From the sequence record NC_070950.1: a stretch of 64,000 nt of DNA; one strand, written 5' to 3'. This document shows positions 19,240 to 27,611 of the stretch, in pieces (positions within the stretch are counted from its first letter, which is position 1; each line of letters begins with the position of its first letter). Below the pieces are notes generated by a model that saw nothing but the letters and a program-made list of their open reading frames with translations, was not told where the DNA came from and searched no databases. The position numbers and the translations under genes are program-made.

Positions 19240-20580
19240 ATGGTTTCAATTGATGATGTGCAGAAAAAACTCACTGCTTATTTTGACGACCGTTTAATCG
19301 GACAACCTGAATTAGTAGAGGGTATTGTAACCAATATCAAACTACGAGAAATCTACCATAACAATTTAGCCTTTGCTAAAGAAACTGGGATTTATATCCC
19401 CCCTTTAAATATGCTGGTTAGGGGGAAATCTGGCAACGGTAAAAGTCATTCGATTAACTTTATTTGTCGATCTTTGGGATTACCTTTCGTCAGCGTCAAC
19501 GCCACGGATTTTACTTCTTCCGGTTACGTTGGCGCTTCGTTGTCAGATATTCCTAAAATGCTGATCGATGAAGCGGAAAGGATTCTTAAAGAGAAAGATC
19601 AAATTAAGGGTGGGTTCGACGTTCCCCCTCCTACACAGGACGATAAAGATATTGAGGAAGCCGACAATCGTTTTAAAGCGATAGAAAAAGAATTAATCGA
19701 CTTGGGCGTTCGTATGGATAAAATGGGCCCTAAGCGACCTGCCTTCGCCCACTCTATACGTTTGTATGAAAAGGGGATACCGTACAGAATCAGACTTTGT
19801 TTCCGTAACAAAACACCTAAGAAACTTTATGCCGAATTAACCGAAGGGAAGGAATTTACGGATAAAGAGAGGACTAAGATTAATAGTCTTTTAAACAAGC
19901 TATCCACCCCATATAAACCCTACTCGTTTAAATTCGATACAAGTTTCATTGATAAGTTCAGGTTAGGTGGAATAAAAGATTCTAATCCTGGAGTCAAAGA
20001 GTATGCCCAAAATAAGGGCATCGTTATGATCGATGAGATCGATAAAATCCTTATGGGTAAGAACGGACAATACAACGTTGGCACTCACGGAATCATTAGG
20101 GAGATTTTAGCGTATCTGTCCGGATCGAACATTATGTGCGGAGGGGATATGTTTGATACGTCAAACATCATCTTTATCTGTGCTGGCGCTTTTGACATGG
20201 TTGACTTTAAAGACATCCCCACCGAACTCTTAGGTCGGCTCCCTACACGTTTAACTGTTAAGGACCCTACTGAAGATAGTCTTTACCGGATGCTGACTTC
20301 CCAGGTAGTCGACCCGTGGGGTATGGTCAAACTCATTCTTCGTAATAAAGGATGTGAGAATTTTATCATTAGTGATGAAATCTCTAGGCATATCGCCAAA
20401 CGTGTTATTGAGGACGAAAAGATCAAACCCATTGGGGTCAGACGTTTAATGGCCGTGATTAGCGAAATAGCTAAAATCTATTATCTCATGGACGAGATAG
20501 ATAAAGAGATAACTTTATCAGAGTTCGTAGCGGATAAAGCACTTAAAACGATTAGAGACGGTTTATTAGAATCGGTTTAA
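19240..20580 (+). CDS. hslU: HslU (ClpY)-like AAA+ ATPase
   Basis: Walker A GKSGNGKS, VNATDFTSSGYVG pore loop, long I-domain, Walker B MIDEIDKI, FICAGAF, PTELLGRLP, GVRRL. Confidence 0.9.
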   Translation: MVSIDDVQKKLTAYFDDRLIGQPELVEGIVTNIKLREIYHNNLAFAKETGIYIPPLNMLVRGKSGNGKSHSINFICRSLGLPFVSVNATDFTSSGYVGASLSDIPKMLIDEAERILKEKDQIKGGFDVPPPTQDDKDIEEADNRFKAIEKELIDLGVRMDKMGPKRPAFAHSIRLYEKGIPYRIRLCFRNKTPKKLYAELTEGKEFTDKERTKINSLLNKLSTPYKPYSFKFDTSFIDKFRLGGIKDSNPGVKEYAQNKGIVMIDEIDKILMGKNGQYNVGTHGIIREILAYLSGSNIMCGGDMFDTSNIIFICAGAFDMVDFKDIPTELLGRLPTRLTVKDPTEDSLYRMLTSQVVDPWGMVKLILRNKGCENFIISDEISRHIAKRVIEDEKIKPIGVRRLMAVISEIAKIYYLMDEIDKEITLSEFVADKALKTIRDGLLESV

Positions 20581-20582
20581 AC

Positions 20583-20614
20583 TTATATCCTGGGCGGATC
20601 CGCCCAGGATATAA
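20583..20614. terminator. Perfect 32-nt palindrome, probable terminator
   Basis: TTATATCCTGGGCGGATCCGCCCAGGATATAA. Confidence 0.75.
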
Positions 20615-20643
20615 TCTGTTAATTTAACTTTTGGAAACTCATC

Positions 20644-21162
20644 ATGCTTTTAGACGAATGGGCCAGAGAGTTTAACGTTCTACTACCACGGGAGGGTAAA
20701 ATGGATTTTATCGATTATCTTAAAGTACATGAAAGGACCATCGATTTATGTTTTTTAGGGGTTTTTATTATTTTGTTGGGAGCGTTAGGATTTTTCCTAA
20801 TGAAAATTAGAATTGACCTCGACAAAGAATATAAAAAGTATATGGACAGACGCGATTTTAAACTGGTTCAATCTATTCGTTTTTATTTGGCCTTTAAAGA
20901 ACCTCCGTCGGAATGCGACCGGACTAAACTCCTTATAAAGAATGAAAAAGAGCTTCTTATCGTGCTAGACCATTTTTTGAGAAAAGACGTTGTGTTACGC
21001 AAGAAGCTTAGGTTTAAAAGGCTCGGGGTTAAATTGTCAGACGGCAATTTCGAGATAAAAATCAAATCAATTTTTAGAACAAACCAATATGTGTTGGTCG
21101 CGGATTCCTCAAAGTTATTAATCTTCTTAGGTCTATTACTGGAGAAAAATAAAAATGGTTGA
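20644..21162 (+). CDS. Hypothetical membrane protein
   Basis: One TM segment (LCFLGVFIILLGALGFFLM). Alternative start at 20701. Confidence 0.7.
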   Translation: MLLDEWAREFNVLLPREGKMDFIDYLKVHERTIDLCFLGVFIILLGALGFFLMKIRIDLDKEYKKYMDRRDFKLVQSIRFYLAFKEPPSECDRTKLLIKNEKELLIVLDHFLRKDVVLRKKLRFKRLGVKLSDGNFEIKIKSIFRTNQYVLVADSSKLLIFLGLLLEKNKNG

Positions 21163-21541
21163 ATTGTCGTTAGTCTCTATCATTTTTGGAATTGGGTTAG
21201 GTATACTGCTGACTCTTTTTTGGATTAAATTTTTAAAGGGAGTGCTGGAGAAGAAAGAAGCTGAAAGGAAACTTAAAGAGGAAATAGATGAAAAATCTAA
21301 GGAGTTGGATTTACTGGTGTCTAAATTAAGAAAAGAGGTTCGTAGTCTTGATGAGTTACTTAACCATCCGGACTTCGCCGAACTGTACAGTTTTCTTAAA
21401 TGTTCGATAATAGTAAGGTCCGACGCCCTTTTCATTATTTCGCCGTATTGGAGTAATACCAAAGAATGCTTTGAACATATTCCGATTCATTTAAAGCGGG
21501 TTGACCGGATCTCCTCGCGCATTTTAGGCGAACTTATCTAA
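21155..21541 (+). CDS. Hypothetical membrane-anchored protein
   Basis: N-terminal TM segment followed by a coiled coil. Confidence 0.7.
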   Translation: MVELSLVSIIFGIGLGILLTLFWIKFLKGVLEKKEAERKLKEEIDEKSKELDLLVSKLRKEVRSLDELLNHPDFAELYSFLKCSIIVRSDALFIISPYWSNTKECFEHIPIHLKRVDRISSRILGELI

Positions 21542-21577
21542 GTTCGATTTCTAAAACATACACTCATTAGGCAAATT

Positions 21578-21817
21578 ATGAAACTCGAAGACTATCAGCA
21601 TCACGTTTCCATCGTCCAACACGAAGATGGAAAGGAACTCCCCTATTTCAAACAAAAGACTTACTGTGGCGCTAAACCAGAACCTTGGATGTTTCAAGGG
21701 GCTGGACACGCCATACTGGCGATTTCTAATCAAAGCTACACACAACCCTGCCCGGAATGTATTAAAGCCATACAGGCGATTACAGAAGGGTATTTAAAGG
21801 AAAATTCCAATGACTAA
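21578..21817 (+). CDS. Small putative Zn-binding protein
   Basis: H...TYCG...GHA...PCPEC. Confidence 0.7.
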   Translation: MKLEDYQHHVSIVQHEDGKELPYFKQKTYCGAKPEPWMFQGAGHAILAISNQSYTQPCPECIKAIQAITEGYLKENSND

Positions 21818-22703
21818 AAGTTGCGGTAAAAACGTTCTTTCAGCAAAACAGGTCAAGAAAAATCTCGAACATTTACACGACACCCACCTAGTCAAATTAG
21901 GGGCGGTGTCCGACCAACTATTCAGCGTGCAATCTTTAAAAGCCTCATTATCTCGATTATTTGAAGCGGGTGAGTTGGGTGAAGTTATTGCCGACCCGGA
22001 TTATTTTAATGACGGGGTTTGTTTGGATCGTGATACCATTGAGTTTAAGAACCTCTGCGGGTTTATGGTGTCTGATTGCTTTTTCGATCTTGACGATGGC
22101 TTTTTCCATATTGGGTGTAAAGTAAGGTTTTTAAATAGCTTTAATGTCAGAACTGAAGACGAAATAGAATTCATTCCTAGGGTTTTGTTCGATGGCCAGG
22201 GAAGACCTAAGATCGTCGCATTTGATGTTAAGATTCATCCATTTATCGACGCTATAACCGAAGCAGTTAAAAGCCATTCTTACGGTTACACCCATGTCAA
22301 GAACTTCCTGTCCCAAACCGATTCCAACACACATACTTTAATACTAGGTTATTTTGATAAAAATAAAATCGCCCCTATCGAGCTCGAGAGAGTGTTGTCT
22401 CGCCTTTCCTTAAGTGGGGCGCCTATAGGGGAAGGTTCTAGACCGCCTACCGGAAGATCTAAGAAGAGATGGAGGACAGTAGATCATAATAATTCGCTTG
22501 GGCGAGTTATTTCATATGCGATAAATGACCATAGCGAAGACGCTTATTTTGTGGCGGGCGTTATTGAATTGAACTTGAATAATCCTCTAGTACTAGAGAC
22601 CTTTAAACAAGGGGCATTAACTATCGCCCCCAGAGTTTCTATGAATGTGGATATCTTTTCTTCCTGCACGGAACTTATCTGCTTTGATCTCATTCAGGAA
22701 TAA
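21810..22703 (+). CDS. Hypothetical protein; C-terminal half may be a degenerate prohead-protease fold
   Basis: 297 aa; IGEGSRPP...TVDHNN...TIAPRV...LICFDLI. Confidence 0.65.
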   Translation: MTKSCGKNVLSAKQVKKNLEHLHDTHLVKLGAVSDQLFSVQSLKASLSRLFEAGELGEVIADPDYFNDGVCLDRDTIEFKNLCGFMVSDCFFDLDDGFFHIGCKVRFLNSFNVRTEDEIEFIPRVLFDGQGRPKIVAFDVKIHPFIDAITEAVKSHSYGYTHVKNFLSQTDSNTHTLILGYFDKNKIAPIELERVLSRLSLSGAPIGEGSRPPTGRSKKRWRTVDHNNSLGRVISYAINDHSEDAYFVAGVIELNLNNPLVLETFKQGALTIAPRVSMNVDIFSSCTELICFDLIQE

Positions 22704-22706
22704 GTT

Positions 22707-22811
22707 ATGGCTAAATCCAAAATGTCCGACTTTATTGATATTGCCGTGCTGTTCCTGGTAATATCTCTCGTCTTAACCTTTTTCTTTTACGCTATTATTA
22801 AATATGGATAA
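22707..22811 (+). CDS. Small membrane protein (34 aa, not in the ORF track)
   Basis: MAKSKMSDFIDIAVLFLVISLVLTFFFYAIIKYG; stop overlaps the next start. Confidence 0.55.
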   Translation: MAKSKMSDFIDIAVLFLVISLVLTFFFYAIIKYG

Positions 22812-23154
22812 AACTACTATGTTTGACCTTATTAAGCTTCTCGAGATCTTCCTGGGATTCTTTATTTGTATTCTGCTGATCGTTCTGCTCATCATAACGG
22901 TACGGAAAAACAAATACCCTCAACTACCGCCCACCCATGAAACGATACGTTACATCATCTCTGGGGCTCTCCAGACGAAGAAATACGACACGCCTGATCT
23001 TTATACCTATCTCGGTATAAAACTCTCTAAAGAGTATGGAGAGTTCTTAAACATAAAGATAGAGTACGATCTATTATCCCCTCCCGGGCAAGTAACCTTT
23101 TACATAAAGGATTATAGGCTTAAACGAGTTTACCCGCTAACCTTTAACGCATAA
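22804..23154 (+). CDS. Hypothetical membrane protein
   Basis: N-terminal TM segment, 116 aa. Confidence 0.7.
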   Translation: MDKTTMFDLIKLLEIFLGFFICILLIVLLIITVRKNKYPQLPPTHETIRYIISGALQTKKYDTPDLYTYLGIKLSKEYGEFLNIKIEYDLLSPPGQVTFYIKDYRLKRVYPLTFNA

Positions 23155-23164
23155 AACATAGTCC

Positions 23165-23196
23165 TACTCCTACTCCCGTAATAGGGAGTAGGAGTA
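23165..23196. terminator. Terminator of the repeated CTCCTACTCCC hairpin family
   Basis: TACTCCTACTCCC-GTAATA-GGGAGTAGGAGTA. Confidence 0.75.
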
Positions 23197-23249
23197 CTCT
23201 TATGAATTTATTTTTAATTAATTAATGTTAAACCTAGGATAGTATAGTA

Positions 23250-23450
23250 TAAATAGCTCTAGCGTAATATATTAGGCCTTCGGCCTAAAGGGCTAGGGTA
23301 AGTCAATTCGTTCGTTTCAGCATCAATCAAGGTATTCGCTACGCTCATACTTTCTTATGCTTACACTCACCCATGCAACCTGGAGAGAAACCCCGACTGA
23401 ACAAAGTTGTTTATTCCTTCTCAGGGGAATAAACAGTTCGTCGGCTAAAG
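23250..23450 (+). ncRNA. Candidate structured non-coding RNA or leader
   Basis: No credible ORF. Nested helices 23257-63/23292-98, 23272-77/23283-88, 23393-402/23436-44, 23408-17/23426-35. Strand is assumed. Confidence 0.4.
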
Positions 23451-23530
23451 ACATAGGATGTTTTATGATCAGTAAAGAAATACGATAATCTAAACTTATT
23501 AGTTCAAACACTGTAATCTAGGAGATAACC

Positions 23531-23647
23531 ATGAATATCGTAATGCCATTAAAGTTACTCGGAGGGTTACTTATCCTGGGGGTGAGTTTTGGATTACTGG
23601 TTTATCTCATTGTTAAACTCTCCGTTAAAATGGCGTATAAAAAATGA
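23531..23647 (+). CDS. Small membrane protein (38 aa, not in the ORF track)
   Basis: AGGAG RBS; MNIVMPLKLLGGLLILGVSFGLLVYLIVKLSVKMAYKK; ATGA overlap with the next gene. Confidence 0.65.
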   Translation: MNIVMPLKLLGGLLILGVSFGLLVYLIVKLSVKMAYKK

Positions 23648-24111
23648 GTGAAGAAGAGCTGTCATTAGGTTATATTTCGGTTAAAGTCATTCCCACTCAG
23701 GAAGGGATTCTTAAAGATAAGGTGTTGGATGCAGGCTGTCTTCCGTTAGATGAAGGGTCGTACCACGCTACGCTTATTTTTGATATTCATCAGGATGGTG
23801 TCATTCCCAACGTACCTATGATTCCTGAAAAGATCTTCGAGGGAAAGGTTATTGGAATCAAGGAACTCGGAGAGCGTAAAGGAGATATTATCTCAGCCGT
23901 TGTACTCGAACTGGATTCTCCTGAACTGATAGAAGAACACGATCGGTTAATACAATGTGGGTATGGTCATTCCTATCCGGATTACATCCCCCATATTTCG
24001 CTCGCTTACAAGGTCACAGAAGAGCAAATGGAAGATCTCAAACGACAGTGTGAGTCGCTTATTGGTAAAACGTTCTACTTATCCGGAGAAAGCATCGACT
24101 GGATAGATTAA
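23644..24111 (+). CDS. acb1: 2H phosphoesterase, Acb1 / T4 gp57B-like (putative anti-CBASS nuclease)
   Basis: HxT motif YHATL and HxS motif YIPHISLAY. VVLELDSPELIEEH...GYGHSYPDY parallels T4 57B LVLDSEYLRCRH...GATHDFDDYTPHITL. Similar size. Confidence 0.8.
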   Translation: MSEEELSLGYISVKVIPTQEGILKDKVLDAGCLPLDEGSYHATLIFDIHQDGVIPNVPMIPEKIFEGKVIGIKELGERKGDIISAVVLELDSPELIEEHDRLIQCGYGHSYPDYIPHISLAYKVTEEQMEDLKRQCESLIGKTFYLSGESIDWID

Positions 24112-24124
24112 GAGGTAAAGGGGT

Positions 24125-24553
24125 ATGTCTGATAAACTTACTGTATCACTTTTTAAGCTTATAAAAAACCACACTGGGTTAACGTTAAAGGAAGGCGAAT
24201 TCTCTTTAACGGGAGAAAGACCCTTTTGGTTCAGAATACCTCCTTTTCCCCTTAACCCCAGTTCAAGAGAGAGATTGAGAGATCTCTTTCAAGATAACTT
24301 TGATGTGACTGTAGTTGATTATGTTGACGATTACCAGATCATATTCAGCCAAATTGAACCAACAACTTCTCGTCGTATAAAACGCGTCAGGAACATCCTA
24401 GATGTGTTAGAAAGAGAGTACGGTAGAAACTGTCTCAGACCAGAAACCGGTAGAATCTTGAGCGGATATTACTCTACTCATAAAGACAGAATAGAACAGG
24501 AAGAACTTGCTTATAATAAAAAGATTTTAAATGAAGCGTTACGAAGACGCTAA
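24125..24553 (+). CDS. Hypothetical protein
   Basis: 142 aa, GAGG RBS. Confidence 0.75.
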   Translation: MSDKLTVSLFKLIKNHTGLTLKEGEFSLTGERPFWFRIPPFPLNPSSRERLRDLFQDNFDVTVVDYVDDYQIIFSQIEPTTSRRIKRVRNILDVLEREYGRNCLRPETGRILSGYYSTHKDRIEQEELAYNKKILNEALRRR

Positions 24554-24594
24554 TCTTATGCGATATTTTTAATCTTAAAACGTGGGGTGGGTAA

Positions 24595-24918
24595 ATGACG
24601 TACGATGAAGTCGAGAAATATCTGGAAATGGGAGAGGCTATCTCTAAGGGTAGTTGGAAAGCTAACGAAGCGGTTTATTTAGAGCCGACAACGTTACTTA
24701 ATCCAGCTCACTATCCTGAGTGTTTAAAAGCCGCAGGTATTAACTCCCTTTTGAGAGTCGATCGGCATTTAGTGCGTGTTACCGCGAGTAACACTGTTGA
24801 GCGTTTTATTCCCAACATTGTAGAAAGAAAAGAAAACGATTGGTACGTTAAGAGTTACACCTTCGAACAAAATAAAGCATTGCCAGAACACAATCAAACC
24901 CAAGAAGAAGCTGCATAA
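24595..24918 (+). CDS. Divergent DUF2829/Tad2-like protein
   Basis: MTYDE...L..G..I...SW N-terminus and TASNTVERFIP....ENDW end follow the Tad2 spacing, but WNG and SQxD are missing. Confidence 0.5.
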   Translation: MTYDEVEKYLEMGEAISKGSWKANEAVYLEPTTLLNPAHYPECLKAAGINSLLRVDRHLVRVTASNTVERFIPNIVERKENDWYVKSYTFEQNKALPEHNQTQEEAA

Positions 24919-24923
24919 TAACA

Positions 24924-24935
24924 CCCCCCCCCCCC
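24924..24935. repeat. Poly-C homopolymer (12 C)
   Basis: ACA-CCCCCCCCCCCC-TACAC, intergenic. Confidence 0.8.
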
Positions 24936-24949
24936 TACACTTAGATTTT

Positions 24950-24979
24950 AACCAGGAGAGGCGTAAGCCTCTCCTGGTT
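24950..24979 (+). terminator. Intrinsic terminator
   Basis: AACCAGGAGAGGC-GTAA-GCCTCTCCTGGTT followed by T-rich sequence. Confidence 0.85.
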
Positions 24980-24981
24980 TA

Positions 24982-25026
24982 TTTTACATGTATTCTTTTT
25001 TGGATCGATATTATTAAAGTGTAAAC
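24982..25026 (+). promoter_or_regulatory. Conserved 45-nt promoter-like element, copy 1
   Basis: 36/45 ungapped identity to 53102-53146; core GATC..TATTAT.AAAG.GTAAAC. Confidence 0.6.
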
Positions 25027-25053
25027 CTCAATAACTTTTTAGGAATTAACATC

Positions 25054-25269
25054 ATGAATGGTCTTTTTGGAACAGGTTGTTTGCTGTTAGGTGCTGCGGT
25101 GTATTTCTTCCTGAAGTACCTGGAACTGCGTAAAGATTTTAAAGAGAATAAGATTAAAGACAAGGGTCGGGCGTCTGGGTATAAAAATGCCTATTTCTCT
25201 TTAACCATTTGCGTTTTGGGCCTGGGCGTCTTTTTAATGGTTAATGGGACTCTGTTGGAGATCAGATAA
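25054..25269 (+). CDS. Small two-TM membrane protein
   Basis: Two hydrophobic segments, TTTAGGAA RBS. Confidence 0.75.
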   Translation: MNGLFGTGCLLLGAAVYFFLKYLELRKDFKENKIKDKGRASGYKNAYFSLTICVLGLGVFLMVNGTLLEIR

Positions 25270-25736
25270 TGGATATCGTTATGCTGACCGACGCAGAAAC
25301 AGTTTTGGATGTCGTCGATGCAGAGGAATACTATCTTCCTACGGGAATTATGCGGCATTGGATACAGATGGCTATCCGAAGAGGGCCTGGGCATTGTAGG
25401 GCATTTTGGTTTGAAGGTGGGATCTTTGTTTTGACCAAAATACCCTTAACGAATAGTAATACCTGGAACGCTTCGATTTGGATTTCTGAAGATTACAGGC
25501 GAAAAGGACTGGCCAAGCGAATAACCGTTTTGGCTTTGGATATGTTCAGACTGGCTAACGCGACTCTACGTTTCCATCCTTGGGATCAGCGTAGCGTTGC
25601 ATTCTTTTCTAATTTGGTTAACGAGGGATTGTTGACCGGGAAGAATTTTGGGGATATTGGGTCAAGACGTCTTTTATCTTCTGAACTCCTTAAAGACCCT
25701 GAGACTTTTACATCCCAGCGCGTTGAGTTAGTTTAA
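25269..25736 (+). CDS. GNAT-family acetyltransferase
   Basis: Motif A IWISEDYRRKGLAKRI; later SVAFFSNL. Confidence 0.65.
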   Translation: MDIVMLTDAETVLDVVDAEEYYLPTGIMRHWIQMAIRRGPGHCRAFWFEGGIFVLTKIPLTNSNTWNASIWISEDYRRKGLAKRITVLALDMFRLANATLRFHPWDQRSVAFFSNLVNEGLLTGKNFGDIGSRRLLSSELLKDPETFTSQRVELV

Positions 25737-25760
25737 TCTTTCATAGTAAGAGGTAATAAA

Positions 25761-26141
25761 ATGGACCGTAACGAATTAGCGATTATTCTCATCGATCAAC
25801 TTAACAAATTCCTTTACCCTAAACTTGAGAAAACCAATATGACGAAATTTTGTCTATTGGGAACGCTGAGCCTTGAGGTCGTCACCGGTCAGTTTTATGA
25901 TCATAAAACATGCGTGGGGTCGGAGGATATCCTTGCATTGCTCAAAGAGCACGGGATTAACAACGACGGATTCTTAAGCGTAGAAAAACGACTATCGGCC
26001 TTTGGCGACATTTTGACATCCTATTCCTATAGAGTTCTAGGGGATCGTTATGGCGATTCTTTTGTTACTGTGAATTTCAATTTGAATTTAACCAATCTTA
26101 ACATGCTTGAGTTTACTAACGAACTAGCGCGGTACGAATAA
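25761..26141 (+). CDS. Hypothetical protein
   Basis: 126 aa, GAGG RBS. Confidence 0.75.
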   Translation: MDRNELAIILIDQLNKFLYPKLEKTNMTKFCLLGTLSLEVVTGQFYDHKTCVGSEDILALLKEHGINNDGFLSVEKRLSAFGDILTSYSYRVLGDRYGDSFVTVNFNLNLTNLNMLEFTNELARYE

Positions 26142-26186
26142 ATCATAGTCCCGCCAATTTATTTTATACTTTTAGGAAACGCCATC

Positions 26187-26927
26187 ATGAACATCAATCA
26201 GTTGCCAGAGAACCATCACGTCATTTCTTCTATGGTCAATCCGTTTGACGCTAATGAGGAATTGTTCTTCGTTACCCATGCTCGTGTAAATACTTACTTG
26301 GATCTCGATGTTTGGTTCTGCGATATGGGTACCGGGGATATGAGAGTTGTCGAGCCCTACGGCAAAGTATCCGACGTTCGGTTGCATGATTACATGGAAA
26401 GACATGTTGCGAACAATTCGGATCAATTTCTTTATCCCACCGTGATCGCCCCGCTGAGTTTGCAGGATACCGTTCTAAAGGTGGAGGGTATTCTCGGTGG
26501 TGATAAACTTAACCCATTTCCGTTATCTGGAAGCGGCGCCGACCCGATGACCGGATGGTACACCGACCCTCACGGAGTGAAAAGGAATATTCGAAAATTA
26601 CCGGATATTTTTGATTTATTAAAGGATGAACAACAAGAAAACACTCACCCTCTCGAAAGTACTAACACCAGTAAATCCCTTCATCGCCCTTCGCCAGAGG
26701 AAATATCAGCTGGAGCGACTAAGGAGTACGAAGCGAGGAAAGCGGCTTTAAAAGAACTTCTGGAAACCGGAGGTGAAATTAAAGCCATTCCTAAAATTGT
26801 TCATTACACTAAATTGGTGAGTTACGATGAAAAGGCTCATATCCCTACTCCAAGAAAAGGGAAGCTCAAGAAACCAAACCATAATCTTAACGCGATCATG
26901 GGGTTGTTAGCGAGGACCAAGAAGTGA
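26187..26927 (+). CDS. Hypothetical protein with a basic C-terminal tail
   Basis: 246 aa, TTTAGGAA RBS. Confidence 0.8.
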   Translation: MNINQLPENHHVISSMVNPFDANEELFFVTHARVNTYLDLDVWFCDMGTGDMRVVEPYGKVSDVRLHDYMERHVANNSDQFLYPTVIAPLSLQDTVLKVEGILGGDKLNPFPLSGSGADPMTGWYTDPHGVKRNIRKLPDIFDLLKDEQQENTHPLESTNTSKSLHRPSPEEISAGATKEYEARKAALKELLETGGEIKAIPKIVHYTKLVSYDEKAHIPTPRKGKLKKPNHNLNAIMGLLARTKK

Positions 26928-27298
26928 CAGAAGCGTATCAGAGTTGGGCTGCTGATTTTAAAAAATCCGTGGGTCGACTCAAGGAAGTAAAATCGGCCGG
27001 CTACGGTAAATATCGTTTAGGTGTGCAGGATCCGCCAGGAAAGCCCTACGTTCTGGTGGAAGTAAAAACTTCCGATTGTGCGTACACGCCCAACTATTCG
27101 TTGGATCTTGTGAAAACGATTAAGATTCCAAAACCTAAAGGGTTGCGGTTATCGGTAGAACGTCGTATTCGATTAGTAGGGTACCTTTTACAAATCGGCG
27201 TGTTTGATTTACTCACTCAGGCAGAATGGGGGATGGTCTTTAATGTCTCTCGTGGGTCCATCTGGCATTATAAGAAACAGTACGAGGAATCGTTATGA
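26924..27298 (+). CDS. Putative HTH DNA-binding protein
   Basis: C-terminal LTQAEWGMVFNVSRGSIWHY has HTH spacing; GTGA overlap with the upstream stop. Confidence 0.55.
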   Translation: MTEAYQSWAADFKKSVGRLKEVKSAGYGKYRLGVQDPPGKPYVLVEVKTSDCAYTPNYSLDLVKTIKIPKPKGLRLSVERRIRLVGYLLQIGVFDLLTQAEWGMVFNVSRGSIWHYKKQYEESL

Positions 27299-27609
27299 AG
27301 ATTTATGCTGTAGTTAGTAAGGAAACCGATAATGTGATCGCTCAGTTTCTCGATCACGGGACGGAGAAAGTCAAGTTCAATGGGATCAAATTGGGGATCT
27401 TGGATCAACAGGTTCATCCAGATGAAAGAGAACTGCTGAAAGTTGTAGAGGTTTATCTTTCGTCGTCAAAAGGAAAGATGGATCAGACGAAACAACTCGA
27501 TCCAGACACGTTTATTGTTGAGACGCTCAGTTATTATGAGGAGGTCGATTTTGTCTATCTATCTCGTAACCCTGAGCATGACATCGCTCTGTGCACACCA
27601 AAGGAATAA
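27295..27609 (+). CDS. Hypothetical protein
   Basis: 104 aa, ATGA overlap. Confidence 0.75.
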   Translation: MKIYAVVSKETDNVIAQFLDHGTEKVKFNGIKLGILDQQVHPDERELLKVVEVYLSSSKGKMDQTKQLDPDTFIVETLSYYEEVDFVYLSRNPEHDIALCTPKE

Positions 27610-27611
27610 CG

